Shown here one piece after another: positions 19,016-29,530 of a DNA stretch of 64,000 bases. The position numbers were made by a program, and so were the translations under genes. Below the pieces are notes generated by a model. That model had not been told where the DNA came from. It made no database searches and saw only the letters and a list, made by a program, of their open reading frames with translations. Each line of letters opens with the position of its first letter. Position 1 is the stretch's first letter. This DNA is from Candidatus Hermodarchaeota archaeon (GTDB lineage: Archaea; Asgardarchaeota; Lokiarchaeia; Sigyniarchaeales; SOKP01). The stretch lies in NCBI GenBank assembly GCA_048885765.1, contig JBHLLI010000003.1, positions 2,565-66,564 on the forward strand. Reading direction: 5' to 3'.

Positions 19016-19963
19016 CTATTTAAGCCGTTTGCTTAAGATTTCTATCATATCTTTTGTCATAGAAGCTAGATCAAAGGAAGGATTCCAATTCCATTCTTCT
19101 CGCGCTAAAGAGTCATCTATCGATTTTGGCCAAGAATCAGCAATATCCTGTCTAAAATCAGGTTTGTAATCGATTTGAAAATCTGGGATGTGCTTTTTAA
19201 TCTCAGCGGCTATCTCTCCAGCTGAAAAACTCATACCTGTAATATTATATACTCGACGTTTTAATTTTGAGTCATCCGCTTCTAAAATATCGATCATGCA
19301 TTTAAGACAATCTGGCATATACATCATCGGTAGTACGGTATCTTCTCTAAGAAAACACGTGTACTTTTTATTATTTATAGCTTCATAGAAAATTTCAACA
19401 GCATAGTCGGTAGTCCCCCCTCCTGGAAGGGTTTCGCTACTTACTATTCCTGGAAGACGCATTGAACGAACATCTAGTCCATACTTCTTATAGTAGTATT
19501 CTGCTAAGAGTTCTCCTGCTACTTTAGTGATTCCATACATCGTTGTCGGTTGCAATACCGTAATATTAGGTGTATTATCTCGAGGTGTAGTGGGGCCAAA
19601 TGCTGCAATGGAACTAGGCCAAATTACATTTTTAATGTTATATTTTCTGCTAGCTTCAAGAACATTGATCAAACCGTTCATATTTATATCCCATGCGGTT
19701 TGAGGCATTTTTTCTCCCGTTGCAGAAAGAATCGAAGCCATATGATAAATTGTGTCTATTTCATATTCATAAAAAACTCTCGAGAGACTATTACCTTCTA
19801 AAGCATCAAGATAAATTACTGGACCTCCGTTTTTTATTATGTCTGGAAGAGGAGTTTTTCTTCCAGTAGCAATTACATTATCACTTCCATACTTTTCTCG
19901 CAGAAATGGTACTAATTCACTACCTATTTGTCCTGCAGCTCCTATTACCAGAATTCTTCTCAT
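19016..19963 (-). CDS. tdh: L-threonine 3-dehydrogenase, SDR/epimerase type
   Basis: GAAGQIG, ILSATGE, PSSIAAFG, MYGITK, GGGTTDY; divergent from kbl. Start taken at MRRIL (ORF track gives 20059). Confidence 0.88.
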   Translation of the reverse strand: MRRILVIGAAGQIGSELVPFLREKYGSDNVIATGRKTPLPDIIKNGGPVIYLDALEGNSLSRVFYEYEIDTIYHMASILSATGEKMPQTAWDINMNGLINVLEASRKYNIKNVIWPSSIAAFGPTTPRDNTPNITVLQPTTMYGITKVAGELLAEYYYKKYGLDVRSMRLPGIVSSETLPGGGTTDYAVEIFYEAINNKKYTCFLREDTVLPMMYMPDCLKCMIDILEADDSKLKRRVYNITGMSFSAGEIAAEIKKHIPDFQIDYKPDFRQDIADSWPKSIDDSLAREEWNWNPSFDLASMTKDMIEILSKRLK

Positions 19964-20145
19964 TTTCCTCAATCTTTGAATATTTAAATTATTAGTATAA
20001 TTCATAATTAACTCCATAAAAAAAGGTTTATTCAAATAAATCCCATCATAAACCCTCAAAAATAGGATAGGTAAAACTCAAATACTTTTCAAAATACACA
20101 TAAATTATATTTTTACTCACTTATTTGAAAAAAAATTATGGTGAT

Positions 20146-21336
20146 ATGATGAAAAGAGATCCGGTTTCGTTTCTTAAGGAGGAAATGACCGACTTACGGA
20201 ACCAAAATTTGGAGTGGGTCATTAGATATCTTGAACAAGGATCTAAGCCTCATTGTGTAGTGGATGGAAAAGAAGTCTTAATGCTCAATACGAATAACTA
20301 TCTTGGTCTTGCGACACATCCAAGAATAATTGAAGCGTCCATAGACGCTACAAAGAAATATGGGGCTGGAGCAGGAGCTGTTCCTGTTATTGCAGGTTCA
20401 TTTGATTTAACAAGGCAATTTGAAGAAAAATTTGCAGAATTCAAAGAAGTAGAAGCATCAATCCTTTGTCAAACAGGGTTCGCTGTGAATTCAGGATTAA
20501 TCCCTATGCTTGTTGGGAAACCTGATATAGTAGTATCTGATGAATTGAATCACGGTTCTATTATTGATGGAGTTAGATTATCTGGAGCTAAGAGAATAAT
20601 ATATAAACATTGTGATGTTGGGGATTTAGAAAGACAGTTGAGAGAAGCTGAAAAAGAGGGAGCAAGAAGAATTTGTATTATAACTGATGGTGTCTTCAGT
20701 ATGGATGGAGATATGGCTCCTTTAGATAGGATTACTAAAGTCGCTGAAGAATTCGGAGCTATGATATTCGTTGACGACTGTCATGGAGAAGGAGTACTTG
20801 GAGAAGGTAGAGGTATTGTAGCTCATTTCAATTTACAAGGTAAAGTTCATGTAGAAGGGGGATCGATGAGTAAGGGATTTGGAGTTTTTGGAGGGACTGT
20901 AGCAGGTTCAAGGGAATTAATTGAATTTTGTAAAAATAAGAGTCGAACTTATCTTCTAAGTACTGCACATCCACCAGGAGTAGTAGCCGCAAATAAGGCT
21001 TCAATAGAAGTTGTTGAAAGTGAACCTGAACATGTTAAAAGAGTTTGGGAACATACAAATTACTTTAAGAAAGAAGTTCAGAGTATGGGATATAATACAG
21101 GAAATTCTCAGACTCCAATCATACCCTTGATAATTGGTGATCCTGGAAAAGCTCAAGAACTTGCTAGAATCCTTTTTGAAGAAGAAAATGTTTATGGTAC
21201 TCCAATTGTATTTCCTATGGTCGCCAGAGAACTTTCCAGAATTAGAGTTCAAATGAATGCTTTACTTACTAAAGATGATTTAACAATGGCTTTAAGTGCC
21301 ATTGAAAAAGTAGGAAAAAAATTAGATATTATTTAA
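20146..21336 (+). CDS. kbl: Glycine C-acetyltransferase (2-amino-3-ketobutyrate CoA ligase), AONS family
   Basis: NNYLGL, DELNHGSIIDG, DGVFSMDGD, DDCHG, SMSK PLP lysine; paired with tdh. Confidence 0.85.
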   Translation: MMKRDPVSFLKEEMTDLRNQNLEWVIRYLEQGSKPHCVVDGKEVLMLNTNNYLGLATHPRIIEASIDATKKYGAGAGAVPVIAGSFDLTRQFEEKFAEFKEVEASILCQTGFAVNSGLIPMLVGKPDIVVSDELNHGSIIDGVRLSGAKRIIYKHCDVGDLERQLREAEKEGARRICIITDGVFSMDGDMAPLDRITKVAEEFGAMIFVDDCHGEGVLGEGRGIVAHFNLQGKVHVEGGSMSKGFGVFGGTVAGSRELIEFCKNKSRTYLLSTAHPPGVVAANKASIEVVESEPEHVKRVWEHTNYFKKEVQSMGYNTGNSQTPIIPLIIGDPGKAQELARILFEEENVYGTPIVFPMVARELSRIRVQMNALLTKDDLTMALSAIEKVGKKLDII

Positions 21337-21338
21337 TT

Positions 21339-22196
21339 TTATTTTATTTTTTTTATGTTTTTTCTTTTGATTAATATTACTGTTAAGATTCCTATTACTC
21401 CTAAGATAATGGAAAATTCATATCCAGGTATTCCGCCACCACCAGAAGAGCCTTGATCAATTACATTAAAAGTATAATCTATTCTCTTATACCCTATACT
21501 AAGCATGCTTAGATCAAAACTTGTTAGAGAATAGGATTTTACTTTTCCATTTAAACCAGCGACATAAGTGTTATTTTCATATGTACTTGACGTAGTAGCA
21601 ATAATATCGGTTGAAGTCACTGTTATGATAGTCAAATCATAAAGTGAAACACCAACAATTTCAGCCCCCGGACCAAGAGAATTATCGATATAATCTATAA
21701 AAGATCCAGAATCACTTGTAAAGAAATTATTTTTATCAACGAAGTAAGTATCAGAAGCTAAATGAAATTGTCGCATCGCATATGTGACTGTCTCACGATA
21801 TAATATGAAAAAGAAATAGATCTCTGTGAATATTCTGTCTGCGACTAAAATTCTCATATTTCTATAAAGTTCTGTTGAAGATTTTTCCGTGTATTCTACT
21901 TGTACTATTACTTCTACGCTACTTGTGTTTAGAACCATTGAAGCAGGCTTTGTAGGGAAATTGTCGTCCATATAAGTTGGTACCACCACCCAATATCCAC
22001 TGAACTCGTATAGATTAAAGAGATTTGAATCTGCTCTCGAATTATCTGTTAAGGTCATAGAATTAGTTAAGCGATAATTAATTGTTATACCAGCCTCTGG
22101 AAACCATTGAGGTTCTGCTGCATTACCAGATGATACCAAATTTATTCCTAATAAACTAATTAATAATACTAAAAAAGCAATTTTTTTTTTCTGCAT
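21339..22196 (-). CDS. Secreted/surface protein with C-terminal IPGY-TM-basic sorting signal (Loki-CTERM-like)
   Basis: N-terminal signal peptide; C-terminus GGGGIPGYEFSIILGVIGILTVILIKRKNIKKIK. Confidence 0.8.
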   Translation of the reverse strand: MQKKKIAFLVLLISLLGINLVSSGNAAEPQWFPEAGITINYRLTNSMTLTDNSRADSNLFNLYEFSGYWVVVPTYMDDNFPTKPASMVLNTSSVEVIVQVEYTEKSSTELYRNMRILVADRIFTEIYFFFILYRETVTYAMRQFHLASDTYFVDKNNFFTSDSGSFIDYIDNSLGPGAEIVGVSLYDLTIITVTSTDIIATTSSTYENNTYVAGLNGKVKSYSLTSFDLSMLSIGYKRIDYTFNVIDQGSSGGGGIPGYEFSIILGVIGILTVILIKRKNIKKIK

Positions 22197-22428
22197 ATTA
22201 ATACCACCCTAATTAGAATAAATAATATTTGCTTTCCGAGTTTAAAAAAGTTTCGTTGAATACGATTATTTTTTTATTTTTGTGCAAAAATTTTTCTTTG
22301 TTTTTGATATACTAGCATTTTAATTCATTTATATGTTAAAACATTTAAAGAAAAAGAATATACTAACTATACAAATGAAAGCAACTGAGTTTACTATATT
22401 TTCGTAATAAATAAGAAAAAAAACAGAT

Positions 22429-23016
22429 TTATAATGGTTTTGCTAAAATTGCTTTAACTCTAAGTTGATCGAATAAACTTGTTGGCATTGCTTTTATCAA
22501 GCATACTGTATCCGCACCGCGTCCAGTTCCTCCTAAACAAATGACATCCTTTTCTATGTCCTTAATTAGCCCTGCGTCAGCAGCCATAGTTGCTATCTCC
22601 ATACATACTTTTACCCCCTGACTAAAATTAGTTCGAAGATATTTAGCTATGATCTCTACAGGTAGCCACTGATTCATTGATTTTCGTGCACTCCTCTCAA
22701 TACCGGCCATCCCATGAGTCCCCGAAAAGACTGTTAAACCTTGCTCCCTTAAGTTTTTTATTAAATCTTCTGAAAATTCTTGTCGTTTTTGAAGTCCACC
22801 GAAATAATATGAATGAGTAATAATTATAATATTGTACTTCTTTGGATTAAAGTACTCTAGTGCTTTTGAGGCAGTACTTCCTGTTGTACTAGCAATAATG
22901 ATTTCTTTAATATCAAGTTGCTCAGAATATTTCTTAGCAATCTCTAATGCTTTACTAGTGTTTTGGGGTCCACCCTTCTCAAAATAAATACCTTCAATAT
23001 TCAGATCTGTCATCAT
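22429..23016 (-). CDS. Pyruvate kinase C-terminal alpha/beta domain protein (MTH1675-like)
   Basis: YFEKGGPQNT, IASTTGST, QGVKVCMEIATMAADAG, GGTGRGADT. Confidence 0.85.
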   Translation of the reverse strand: MMTDLNIEGIYFEKGGPQNTSKALEIAKKYSEQLDIKEIIIASTTGSTASKALEYFNPKKYNIIIITHSYYFGGLQKRQEFSEDLIKNLREQGLTVFSGTHGMAGIERSARKSMNQWLPVEIIAKYLRTNFSQGVKVCMEIATMAADAGLIKDIEKDVICLGGTGRGADTVCLIKAMPTSLFDQLRVKAILAKPL

Positions 23017-23174
23017 ACATCAAAATTAATTTCCTAATATAATGTAAGAACATCATTCCTAATAAATAAACGGTATTATGGGCATTTCTAAATTAGATGA
23101 GAAGTGAAATAGTTTTAAATAGATCAAAATTTAAGTACACTTAATTAAAATTTTGCTTAAAATTAGTAAAAAAC

Positions 23175-24593
23175 GTGGGATATTATATGAGTGAAAGAAA
23201 GATTTCATTAAAAGAGAAAATACTTTTTGGTTTAAGTGGTTTCCCTGATCAGTTGACTTATCAAGCTTTTACTATTTACGTTTTTACATTTTATTTCGCA
23301 GTGGTTGGTCTTTCAATAGCAGAAATGTGGATTGGATTTGTACTATGGGGTATTTGGAATATGTTTAATGATCCTCTATTAGGGGCATTAAGTGAAAGAA
23401 CCAAACAAAAAGGTAAATTGGGAAAACGGAAATTTTATTTGATAATTTCATTTGTTCCATTATCATTGATAATGATCTTTTTATATACAGCGCCATCAAA
23501 TTTTAAATTCTGGTATTTTTTGTTTATAATTTTTACCTTTGAATTGTTTTATACAATGTTTTCAGTAAATACAAATGCTATATTTCCTGAAATGTTTCCA
23601 ACCGAAAAGCAAAGGTCAGATGTCAATATCTTCATAAAGATTTTTACATTGATTGCTATAATCCTTGCCTCTATACTTCCGACTCTAATTATTAGTCCAT
23701 TAGTACCAACTAGCTACCCACCTGATCCATTAGAAGCTGCTGCAATTCAATCCAACTATATCATTTCAGGGATAATTCTAGGTTCAATTGTTCTTATTAT
23801 GGCAATATTATTTATTTTTTTTGGGGTAAATGAAAAAGAAGAACAAGAAACTGATCATGCTAAAAGACCAGGTTTTTTTAAATCTTTGAAAATAACATTT
23901 TCAAATAGAACATTCTTAAAATTTACTTTTGGGAATATGCTTATTTGGTATTGTCTAAATGTCTTATTAACAGCATTTCCATTATTTTCTGTTTTTGTTC
24001 TTGGGAGAACTGAAGGAGAATTCTTAATAGGAGTAACATTGGCGTTAGCACTTATTGGTGCTGCAATTTTTATGCCTTTACAAGCTAAGATTGCATCAAA
24101 ATATGGAACACGTAAAGGATTAATATTTGGACTTGCCATATGGATTGTTTCTTTATTTCCCTTAATCTTTTTGGGAGATAATGAAATTAGTAGGATATTA
24201 TCCTTGGTGATATTCTTTATAGCTGGATTTGGATTATCTGCAGCTTTATTTTTCGTTGATTTAATTCATGGTGATGTAATTGATCAAGATGCCCTTAAAT
24301 TTGGAGTAAAAAGAGCAGCTAGTTACTATGGTGTAAATGCTTTTATACACAGGTTTTCAATGATCCTAGGTATTACTACAATTGCAATTGTTTTTTCTGG
24401 AACTGGGTGGAGTACTTATACACCAATTCCTACAGATCCATTCCTAATCGAACTAGGATTAAAAGCAATAATGTTTCTGTTTCCTGCTATAGCACTTGTA
24501 GGTTCAATTCTTTTCTGGAAATACTACGATTTACACGGTGAAAAACTTAGATTGATGAGAGAGGAATTGGATAAACATCCTGAATTAAAATAA
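23175..24593 (+). CDS. MFS transporter, GPH/MelB family
   Basis: About 12 TM; NDPLLGALSERT...GKRK, GDVIDQD...GVKRAASYYG. Confidence 0.9.
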   Translation: MGYYMSERKISLKEKILFGLSGFPDQLTYQAFTIYVFTFYFAVVGLSIAEMWIGFVLWGIWNMFNDPLLGALSERTKQKGKLGKRKFYLIISFVPLSLIMIFLYTAPSNFKFWYFLFIIFTFELFYTMFSVNTNAIFPEMFPTEKQRSDVNIFIKIFTLIAIILASILPTLIISPLVPTSYPPDPLEAAAIQSNYIISGIILGSIVLIMAILFIFFGVNEKEEQETDHAKRPGFFKSLKITFSNRTFLKFTFGNMLIWYCLNVLLTAFPLFSVFVLGRTEGEFLIGVTLALALIGAAIFMPLQAKIASKYGTRKGLIFGLAIWIVSLFPLIFLGDNEISRILSLVIFFIAGFGLSAALFFVDLIHGDVIDQDALKFGVKRAASYYGVNAFIHRFSMILGITTIAIVFSGTGWSTYTPIPTDPFLIELGLKAIMFLFPAIALVGSILFWKYYDLHGEKLRLMREELDKHPELK

Positions 24594-24609
24594 TTATTTT
24601 TATTTTTTT

Positions 24610-24795
24610 TTATTTATTTTGTCCTAACTTTATTCTGGCATCATCCACAGTAGCTGCTTATCTTCCAAGTTTCTTAGCTAATCTGACCATTCTGATTATT
24701 AATTGTGCATTAATTTGAATCATTTCTCATTTTCGATAATATAGAATATCTTCCAAACCAGTACATAGATTTCCTCACATACATAAAGCAATTGT
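24610..24795 (-). pseudogene. Decayed fragment of the C-terminus of a BKACE (3-keto acid cleavage enzyme) gene
   Basis: Manual translation TIALCM*GNLCTGLEDILYYRK*EMIQINAQLIIRMVRLAKKLGR*AATVDDARIKLGQNK* aligns without gaps to the C-terminus of 25783..26712; three internal stops. Confidence 0.9.
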
Positions 24796-24800
24796 ATTGG

Positions 24801-25754
24801 TTATAAAATATCAAATCCAATATTTTTTTCGAAGTATTCTAAGTTCTTAAGACAAATCTCATCATGCTGCTTTAGAATCACATCCTCATTTCGTTTCCCA
24901 TAGTCAAAAATGCCTTGAGACGTCTTTATTCCTAAAAATCCTTTTTCTGTGCATTCGCTTATGATTGATAATTCCACTCCTATATTTTTTAAAAAATCAG
25001 ATATCACATCCAATCCCACAAAATCTAAATTCTGTACAACTCCAACTATAGGTAATCTTATCCCTAAAGTGGTCTTTACTGCTAAATCTATTTCTTGGGG
25101 AGTAGCTATATTTTGTAATAATAATGTAAATACTGCTGAATTAATAGCTATTTGAATCTTGTTTACAATAAATCCGGGAGTATATTTTTTCATATGAATT
25201 GTTTTCTTTCCTAACTTTCTCATCAAATCTAATGAGAGATTAATTACCTCTTGAGATGTCTTTTTCCCTGAAACTACTTCAACTAAGGGTGCTATATAAG
25301 CAGGACGAAACCAATGATGTATTATTAATCGCTCTGGATTCTCTATTTTAACTATTCTAAAGATATTTAGGTTAGAAGTATTAGAAGCAAAAATAGTTGA
25401 CTTAGAGCAATATTGATTCAAATCATTATAAACAATTCTCTTAATCTCTTGATCTTCATTTACAGCCTCAACTACTAAGTCTGCAATTTTAGCACAGGAC
25501 TCTAAATCCGTTGAGATTTTTAAATGCTTTAAAGTTTTTTCTATTGATTCTTCATTTATTCTTTTATATTTTAATAAGAGCCTAAGATTTGAATTAATTC
25601 TCTCTAATGCATGATTTAATAATTCTTGTTTTATATCCACTAAATAAACATCAAATTCTGCTTGAGCGTAAACTTGGGCTATCGAATGCCCCATAGTACC
25701 CGCACCAACTACCATAATTCGTTTAATTTCTTTAAGATTTCTTATGAAAATCAC
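24801..25754 (-). CDS. 3-hydroxyacyl-CoA dehydrogenase family (NAD-binding)
   Basis: GAGTMG, EAVNE, ASNTS, HWFRP, PGFIVN. Confidence 0.88.
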   Translation of the reverse strand: MIFIRNLKEIKRIMVVGAGTMGHSIAQVYAQAEFDVYLVDIKQELLNHALERINSNLRLLLKYKRINEESIEKTLKHLKISTDLESCAKIADLVVEAVNEDQEIKRIVYNDLNQYCSKSTIFASNTSNLNIFRIVKIENPERLIIHHWFRPAYIAPLVEVVSGKKTSQEVINLSLDLMRKLGKKTIHMKKYTPGFIVNKIQIAINSAVFTLLLQNIATPQEIDLAVKTTLGIRLPIVGVVQNLDFVGLDVISDFLKNIGVELSIISECTEKGFLGIKTSQGIFDYGKRNEDVILKQHDEICLKNLEYFEKNIGFDIL

Positions 25755-25782
25755 CTTTTCAATAATGAATAATATAAAAAAA

Positions 25783-26712
25783 TTATTTTAAACCTAATAT
25801 CGCTCTTGCTTCATCAACTGTAGCAGGCTCTCGACCCACTTCCTTTGCAATTTTTACCATTCTTTTAACTAATTGTGCATTACTTTCTGCTAATTCACCC
25901 TTTTTATAATAGACAGTATCTTCGAGACCTGTTCGAATATTACCACCTATACACATAGCGACTACAGTTGCTCGTAAATTATATTTACTAATTGTAACGA
26001 CTTGCCATGTAGAACCTTCAGGAATCAGATTTACCAAGTGTAAAAGATTAGAGATAGATGCTGGTGCCCCTCCCTTTATTCCCAATACGATACTAAAATG
26101 AAGTTTTTCGTCTTTATTAAAAACCCCCATTTCAACTAAATTCATAATATTTTCTATGTGACTAATATCATATACTTCAATCTCAATACCTGTATTGATT
26201 GCTTTACAGCCATTAACAAATTTCTTATTAAAATCTATTGGGTTATCAAATAAAGAACTTGTAGCCATACCCTTCATCTTAGTCCGAAATTCAAAAGTTC
26301 CTGCATTTATAGTAAACATATCCGGTTTTGGATTAATATTTAATAAATTTAATCTCTCTTCTAAAGTAGCCATTTTTAAAGCTTGCCCATATCTTTTTCC
26401 AGACTTACTTACTTTAACACCATATTCTAATCGAGCTCCAATTCCATTCCCAATTTGAGTAATTATCGGACATTCTTCTTTTATTAAACTCACTGTTTTA
26501 TTATATACATTTAGATCGGCAGTGGAAAGCCCATTTTCACCTCTAACATGGATATGGCAGACAGAGGCACCCGCTTCGTAGCATTCCAATGCTGCTTTCG
26601 CTTGTTCTTCTGGAGTTATAGGTAAATTGGGATTATTCCATTTTCCATGAGCTCCTCCTGTAATCGCAGCAGTGATAATTACTTTTTCATCTGTTATTAG
26701 ATTTGGTTTCAT
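25783..26712 (-). CDS. Beta-keto acid cleavage enzyme (BKACE / 3-keto-5-aminohexanoate cleavage family)
   Basis: ITAAITGG, PITPEE, HIHVR, RTGLED, NAQLV. Confidence 0.92.
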   Translation of the reverse strand: MKPNLITDEKVIITAAITGGAHGKWNNPNLPITPEEQAKAALECYEAGASVCHIHVRGENGLSTADLNVYNKTVSLIKEECPIITQIGNGIGARLEYGVKVSKSGKRYGQALKMATLEERLNLLNINPKPDMFTINAGTFEFRTKMKGMATSSLFDNPIDFNKKFVNGCKAINTGIEIEVYDISHIENIMNLVEMGVFNKDEKLHFSIVLGIKGGAPASISNLLHLVNLIPEGSTWQVVTISKYNLRATVVAMCIGGNIRTGLEDTVYYKKGELAESNAQLVKRMVKIAKEVGREPATVDEARAILGLK

Positions 26713-26796
26713 TAGTTTTTGACCTCTTTACATTATCTATTGGTTTTTAAAATTAGTTTTTTTTATTATTTTGAAATAATTGGGTTAATCTTAATA

Positions 26797-27654
26797 TTAT
26801 GATTTTTTTGCTTTTTTCCATGTGTAAAAACCTTTACCAGATTTCATACCTAGATCCCCTCTTTCTATCATATCTTTAAGTGCGTCAGGTGGTTTATCTC
26901 TAGAATCTCCACTTTCATCATAATAACTCATTTGAACTGAGTACACTGTGTCTAATCCGATTCCGTCCATTAGGACAAATGGACCCATCTTCATACCTGT
27001 AAATGTCTTCCATGCTAGATCTATAGTTTCAATATCCGCATAACCTCCCGCCCATAGTTTTAATGCTTCTTTCCTCGCAGCATGCCACATTCTATTGAAT
27101 ACAAATCCATGAGATTCTTTTTTTAATATTATTGGATGGCATCCAATGCTTTCTATCCATTTTTTTCCAATTTCAAATGTTTGATCACTAGTTTCTGTAC
27201 CCCGCATTATATCAACCATGGGGCGTGTAGGAATAGGAGGATAAAAGTGGAGGTTCAATACATTCTCTTTTCGTAATACAGCGTCTTCAATTTTTGAAAC
27301 AGGAATTGAAGAACTGTTAGTAGCAATTATTACGTTTTCTGGGGCGTACTTCTCAATCTGGGAAAAGAGTTCTTTTTTTAAATCTATTTTCTCAGGGATT
27401 GCTTCAATAACTAAATCCGCTTCTTTAATAGCTTCCTCAATATCATTATAGTATTTAATGTTGTTGATTAGATCAAGTTTTTTGTTTCTCTTTAGCACTC
27501 CAGTGATATATTTCTTTGCTACTTCTAAGGTTTCTGAGTAGATGTCAAAAATAGAAACCTTATAATTATATAAGGCTGTAATCGCGGCAATCTGCTTCCC
27601 TGTAAAACCAGCTCCTATCACCGAGATGTTTTTAATTTCACTCATAATAATCAT
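26797..27654 (-). CDS. 3-hydroxyacyl-CoA dehydrogenase family
   Basis: GAGFTG, EAIPE, ATNSSS, LHFYP, GFVFNR, GMKSGKGFY. Confidence 0.9.
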   Translation of the reverse strand: MIIMSEIKNISVIGAGFTGKQIAAITALYNYKVSIFDIYSETLEVAKKYITGVLKRNKKLDLINNIKYYNDIEEAIKEADLVIEAIPEKIDLKKELFSQIEKYAPENVIIATNSSSIPVSKIEDAVLRKENVLNLHFYPPIPTRPMVDIMRGTETSDQTFEIGKKWIESIGCHPIILKKESHGFVFNRMWHAARKEALKLWAGGYADIETIDLAWKTFTGMKMGPFVLMDGIGLDTVYSVQMSYYDESGDSRDKPPDALKDMIERGDLGMKSGKGFYTWKKAKKS

Positions 27655-27739
27655 AATATTTTGGTTATTCTAAGCTTATTATCGATTAAATAAGAAGATT
27701 CGTAAATACTATATAAGCGGTGTAAGATTTCACATAATC

Positions 27740-28426
27740 ATGAAATTAAATGTTTCAAGGGAAATCTTAGATTTCTTTATAGTTCATCTGGTTTTTGTTC
27801 TTATTTGTTTTATAACCTTAATAATACCAATTACAGGTTTTATGGGCATCAAATTATTCATTCTAGTAGTAATTTATAATATAATAATCCCTATTTATGG
27901 CTATTTACGAAAATATTCTGAATGGTTGAATATCTGGTTATTTGCTTTGCTCCTTAGTTTATTTCAGATATGGCCAGATTGGTTTTTATCTGCTGAACTA
28001 GGAATTTTAGTCTTTCCAGAAGATGGTTTTATAAAGATTGGCACGGTTTCATTGTATATGGCAGGTTTATGGGCAATACCCGTATTTTTAATTATTTATA
28101 CTGGTTCAAAAATCAAAAAAAGGTATTCTCAACTAATAACCTATTTAGGTGTTGGAATTTTGTCACTCTTAATTTTTGGATTAGCTGAGCAAACGATGTG
28201 GATGCTACAATCTTGGTATGCTCAAAATGTGATTATGATAGGGCATTTAGCATTGTATATCATCATTCCAGAGATAATTCTTGGTATTACAACCTATTAT
28301 TATTTTATTCTAATACAGGAAAAGAAACATCAATTGAAAATTCCAGCTACATTCATAGTAATGGTTATATATCTTGGTAGCGCAGTTCTATTCTACTTTA
28401 TTATTGAGACAATTTTATTTCCCTAA
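27740..28426 (+). CDS. Multi-pass membrane protein, hypothetical
   Basis: About 7 TM; FQIWPDWFLS...LVFP motif. Confidence 0.75.
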   Translation: MKLNVSREILDFFIVHLVFVLICFITLIIPITGFMGIKLFILVVIYNIIIPIYGYLRKYSEWLNIWLFALLLSLFQIWPDWFLSAELGILVFPEDGFIKIGTVSLYMAGLWAIPVFLIIYTGSKIKKRYSQLITYLGVGILSLLIFGLAEQTMWMLQSWYAQNVIMIGHLALYIIIPEIILGITTYYYFILIQEKKHQLKIPATFIVMVIYLGSAVLFYFIIETILFP

Positions 28427-28545
28427 ATTAAATTGCGAAATCCTCGTTTAAACTATTTAAGATAAGATCAGATGGAGAGTATAATCTTTTTATAGTTATA
28501 GGACAATATTTAATTATTATATTTTTTAAGAGGAGATGTAAAAAA

Positions 28546-28779
28546 TTGACTATATGCTTTGTATTAATGAATACTCAAGCGGGTTTTGTAGAATCTGTTG
28601 TACATGGTTTACAACAAATAGAAGAAGTTCGGGAGGTTTACCCAGTAACAGGAGGTATTGATATAATTGTGAAAGTCGAGGGACAAGATGTTGAAACAAT
28701 TGCTAAGACAATTCTAGCAAAAATCCATAGTATAGATGGCGTATCTAGAACTGAGACACATATAGTCGTGCCTCTTTAG
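28546..28779 (+). CDS. Stand-alone Lrp/AsnC ligand-binding (RAM) domain protein
   Basis: EVYPVTGGIDIIVKV...IDGVSRTET; AGGAG SD-like site upstream. Confidence 0.88.
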   Translation: MTICFVLMNTQAGFVESVVHGLQQIEEVREVYPVTGGIDIIVKVEGQDVETIAKTILAKIHSIDGVSRTETHIVVPL

Positions 28780-28931
28780 TATTCAACTCTTTCGCTAGAT
28801 CGAAAATCTTTTCTTTATTTGATATATTAAAATCCTAATTTAGGTAATATAAACTTTATATAGTAATTTGAAATAGTTAATTAGGAGTAAAAATGAATCC
28901 AAAACCTTAAGAGAACAAAATGAAATAAAAC

Positions 28932-29516
28932 TCAAAAAATTTTAAAAATTATATCATCCAAAGTACGTTTTGGTACATGAATTTGACCATCAGAAGTTTT
29001 CCAATAGTTGAATGAGTCTTGATAGGTTTCTATTATAGACTCTTCATCAGAATATCCTAAGCTAATCACATGTTTAATTTCATAATAATCAGGTATTTCA
29101 AGTAATTTCCTAATTTTAATCTTTTTTATAGAACCCATCCAACAGCTTCCTATTCCGTAATTAACGGCACCTAATAAGATATTTTCTACTGCAGCTCCAA
29201 CATCAAAATCCACATAAGATGATTTTATATTGGTGTTTAATAAAACTACAATATATGCAGTAGGTTCCCTCCCTTTTTCAGGAGTTCTTTGATCTGGTGG
29301 AAGTGAAGCTGCCCAATTGACTAAAGTAAATATTTTTTCCCTTATATCAGAATTTTGGATAATTATGAATTCAAGGGCTTGAATGTTTCTTGCCATAGGA
29401 GCAACTCGAGCAAGATCTATTAATTTCTTTAAGATTTTTAAATCAATAGGTTCTTGTTTGAATCTACGGATGGTCCGCCTTTTATATACAATATCTTCAA
29501 AATCCATTTTTAACAA
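28932..29516 (-). CDS. Nitroreductase family protein
   Basis: RRTIRRF, APMARNIQ, DVGAAVENILL...GIGSCW, LGY. Confidence 0.92.
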   Translation of the reverse strand: MLKMDFEDIVYKRRTIRRFKQEPIDLKILKKLIDLARVAPMARNIQALEFIIIQNSDIREKIFTLVNWAASLPPDQRTPEKGREPTAYIVVLLNTNIKSSYVDFDVGAAVENILLGAVNYGIGSCWMGSIKKIKIRKLLEIPDYYEIKHVISLGYSDEESIIETYQDSFNYWKTSDGQIHVPKRTLDDIIFKIF

Positions 29517-29530
29517 CTAAAAATTAATTA

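Noticed and set aside
24658-24777. In-frame TGA codons in the BKACE fragment as possible selenocysteine recoding
   Set aside because: The TGAs align with Gly (GGA to TGA) rather than Cys, a TAA is also present, and the N-terminal about 245 aa are missing. Simple decay explains it.
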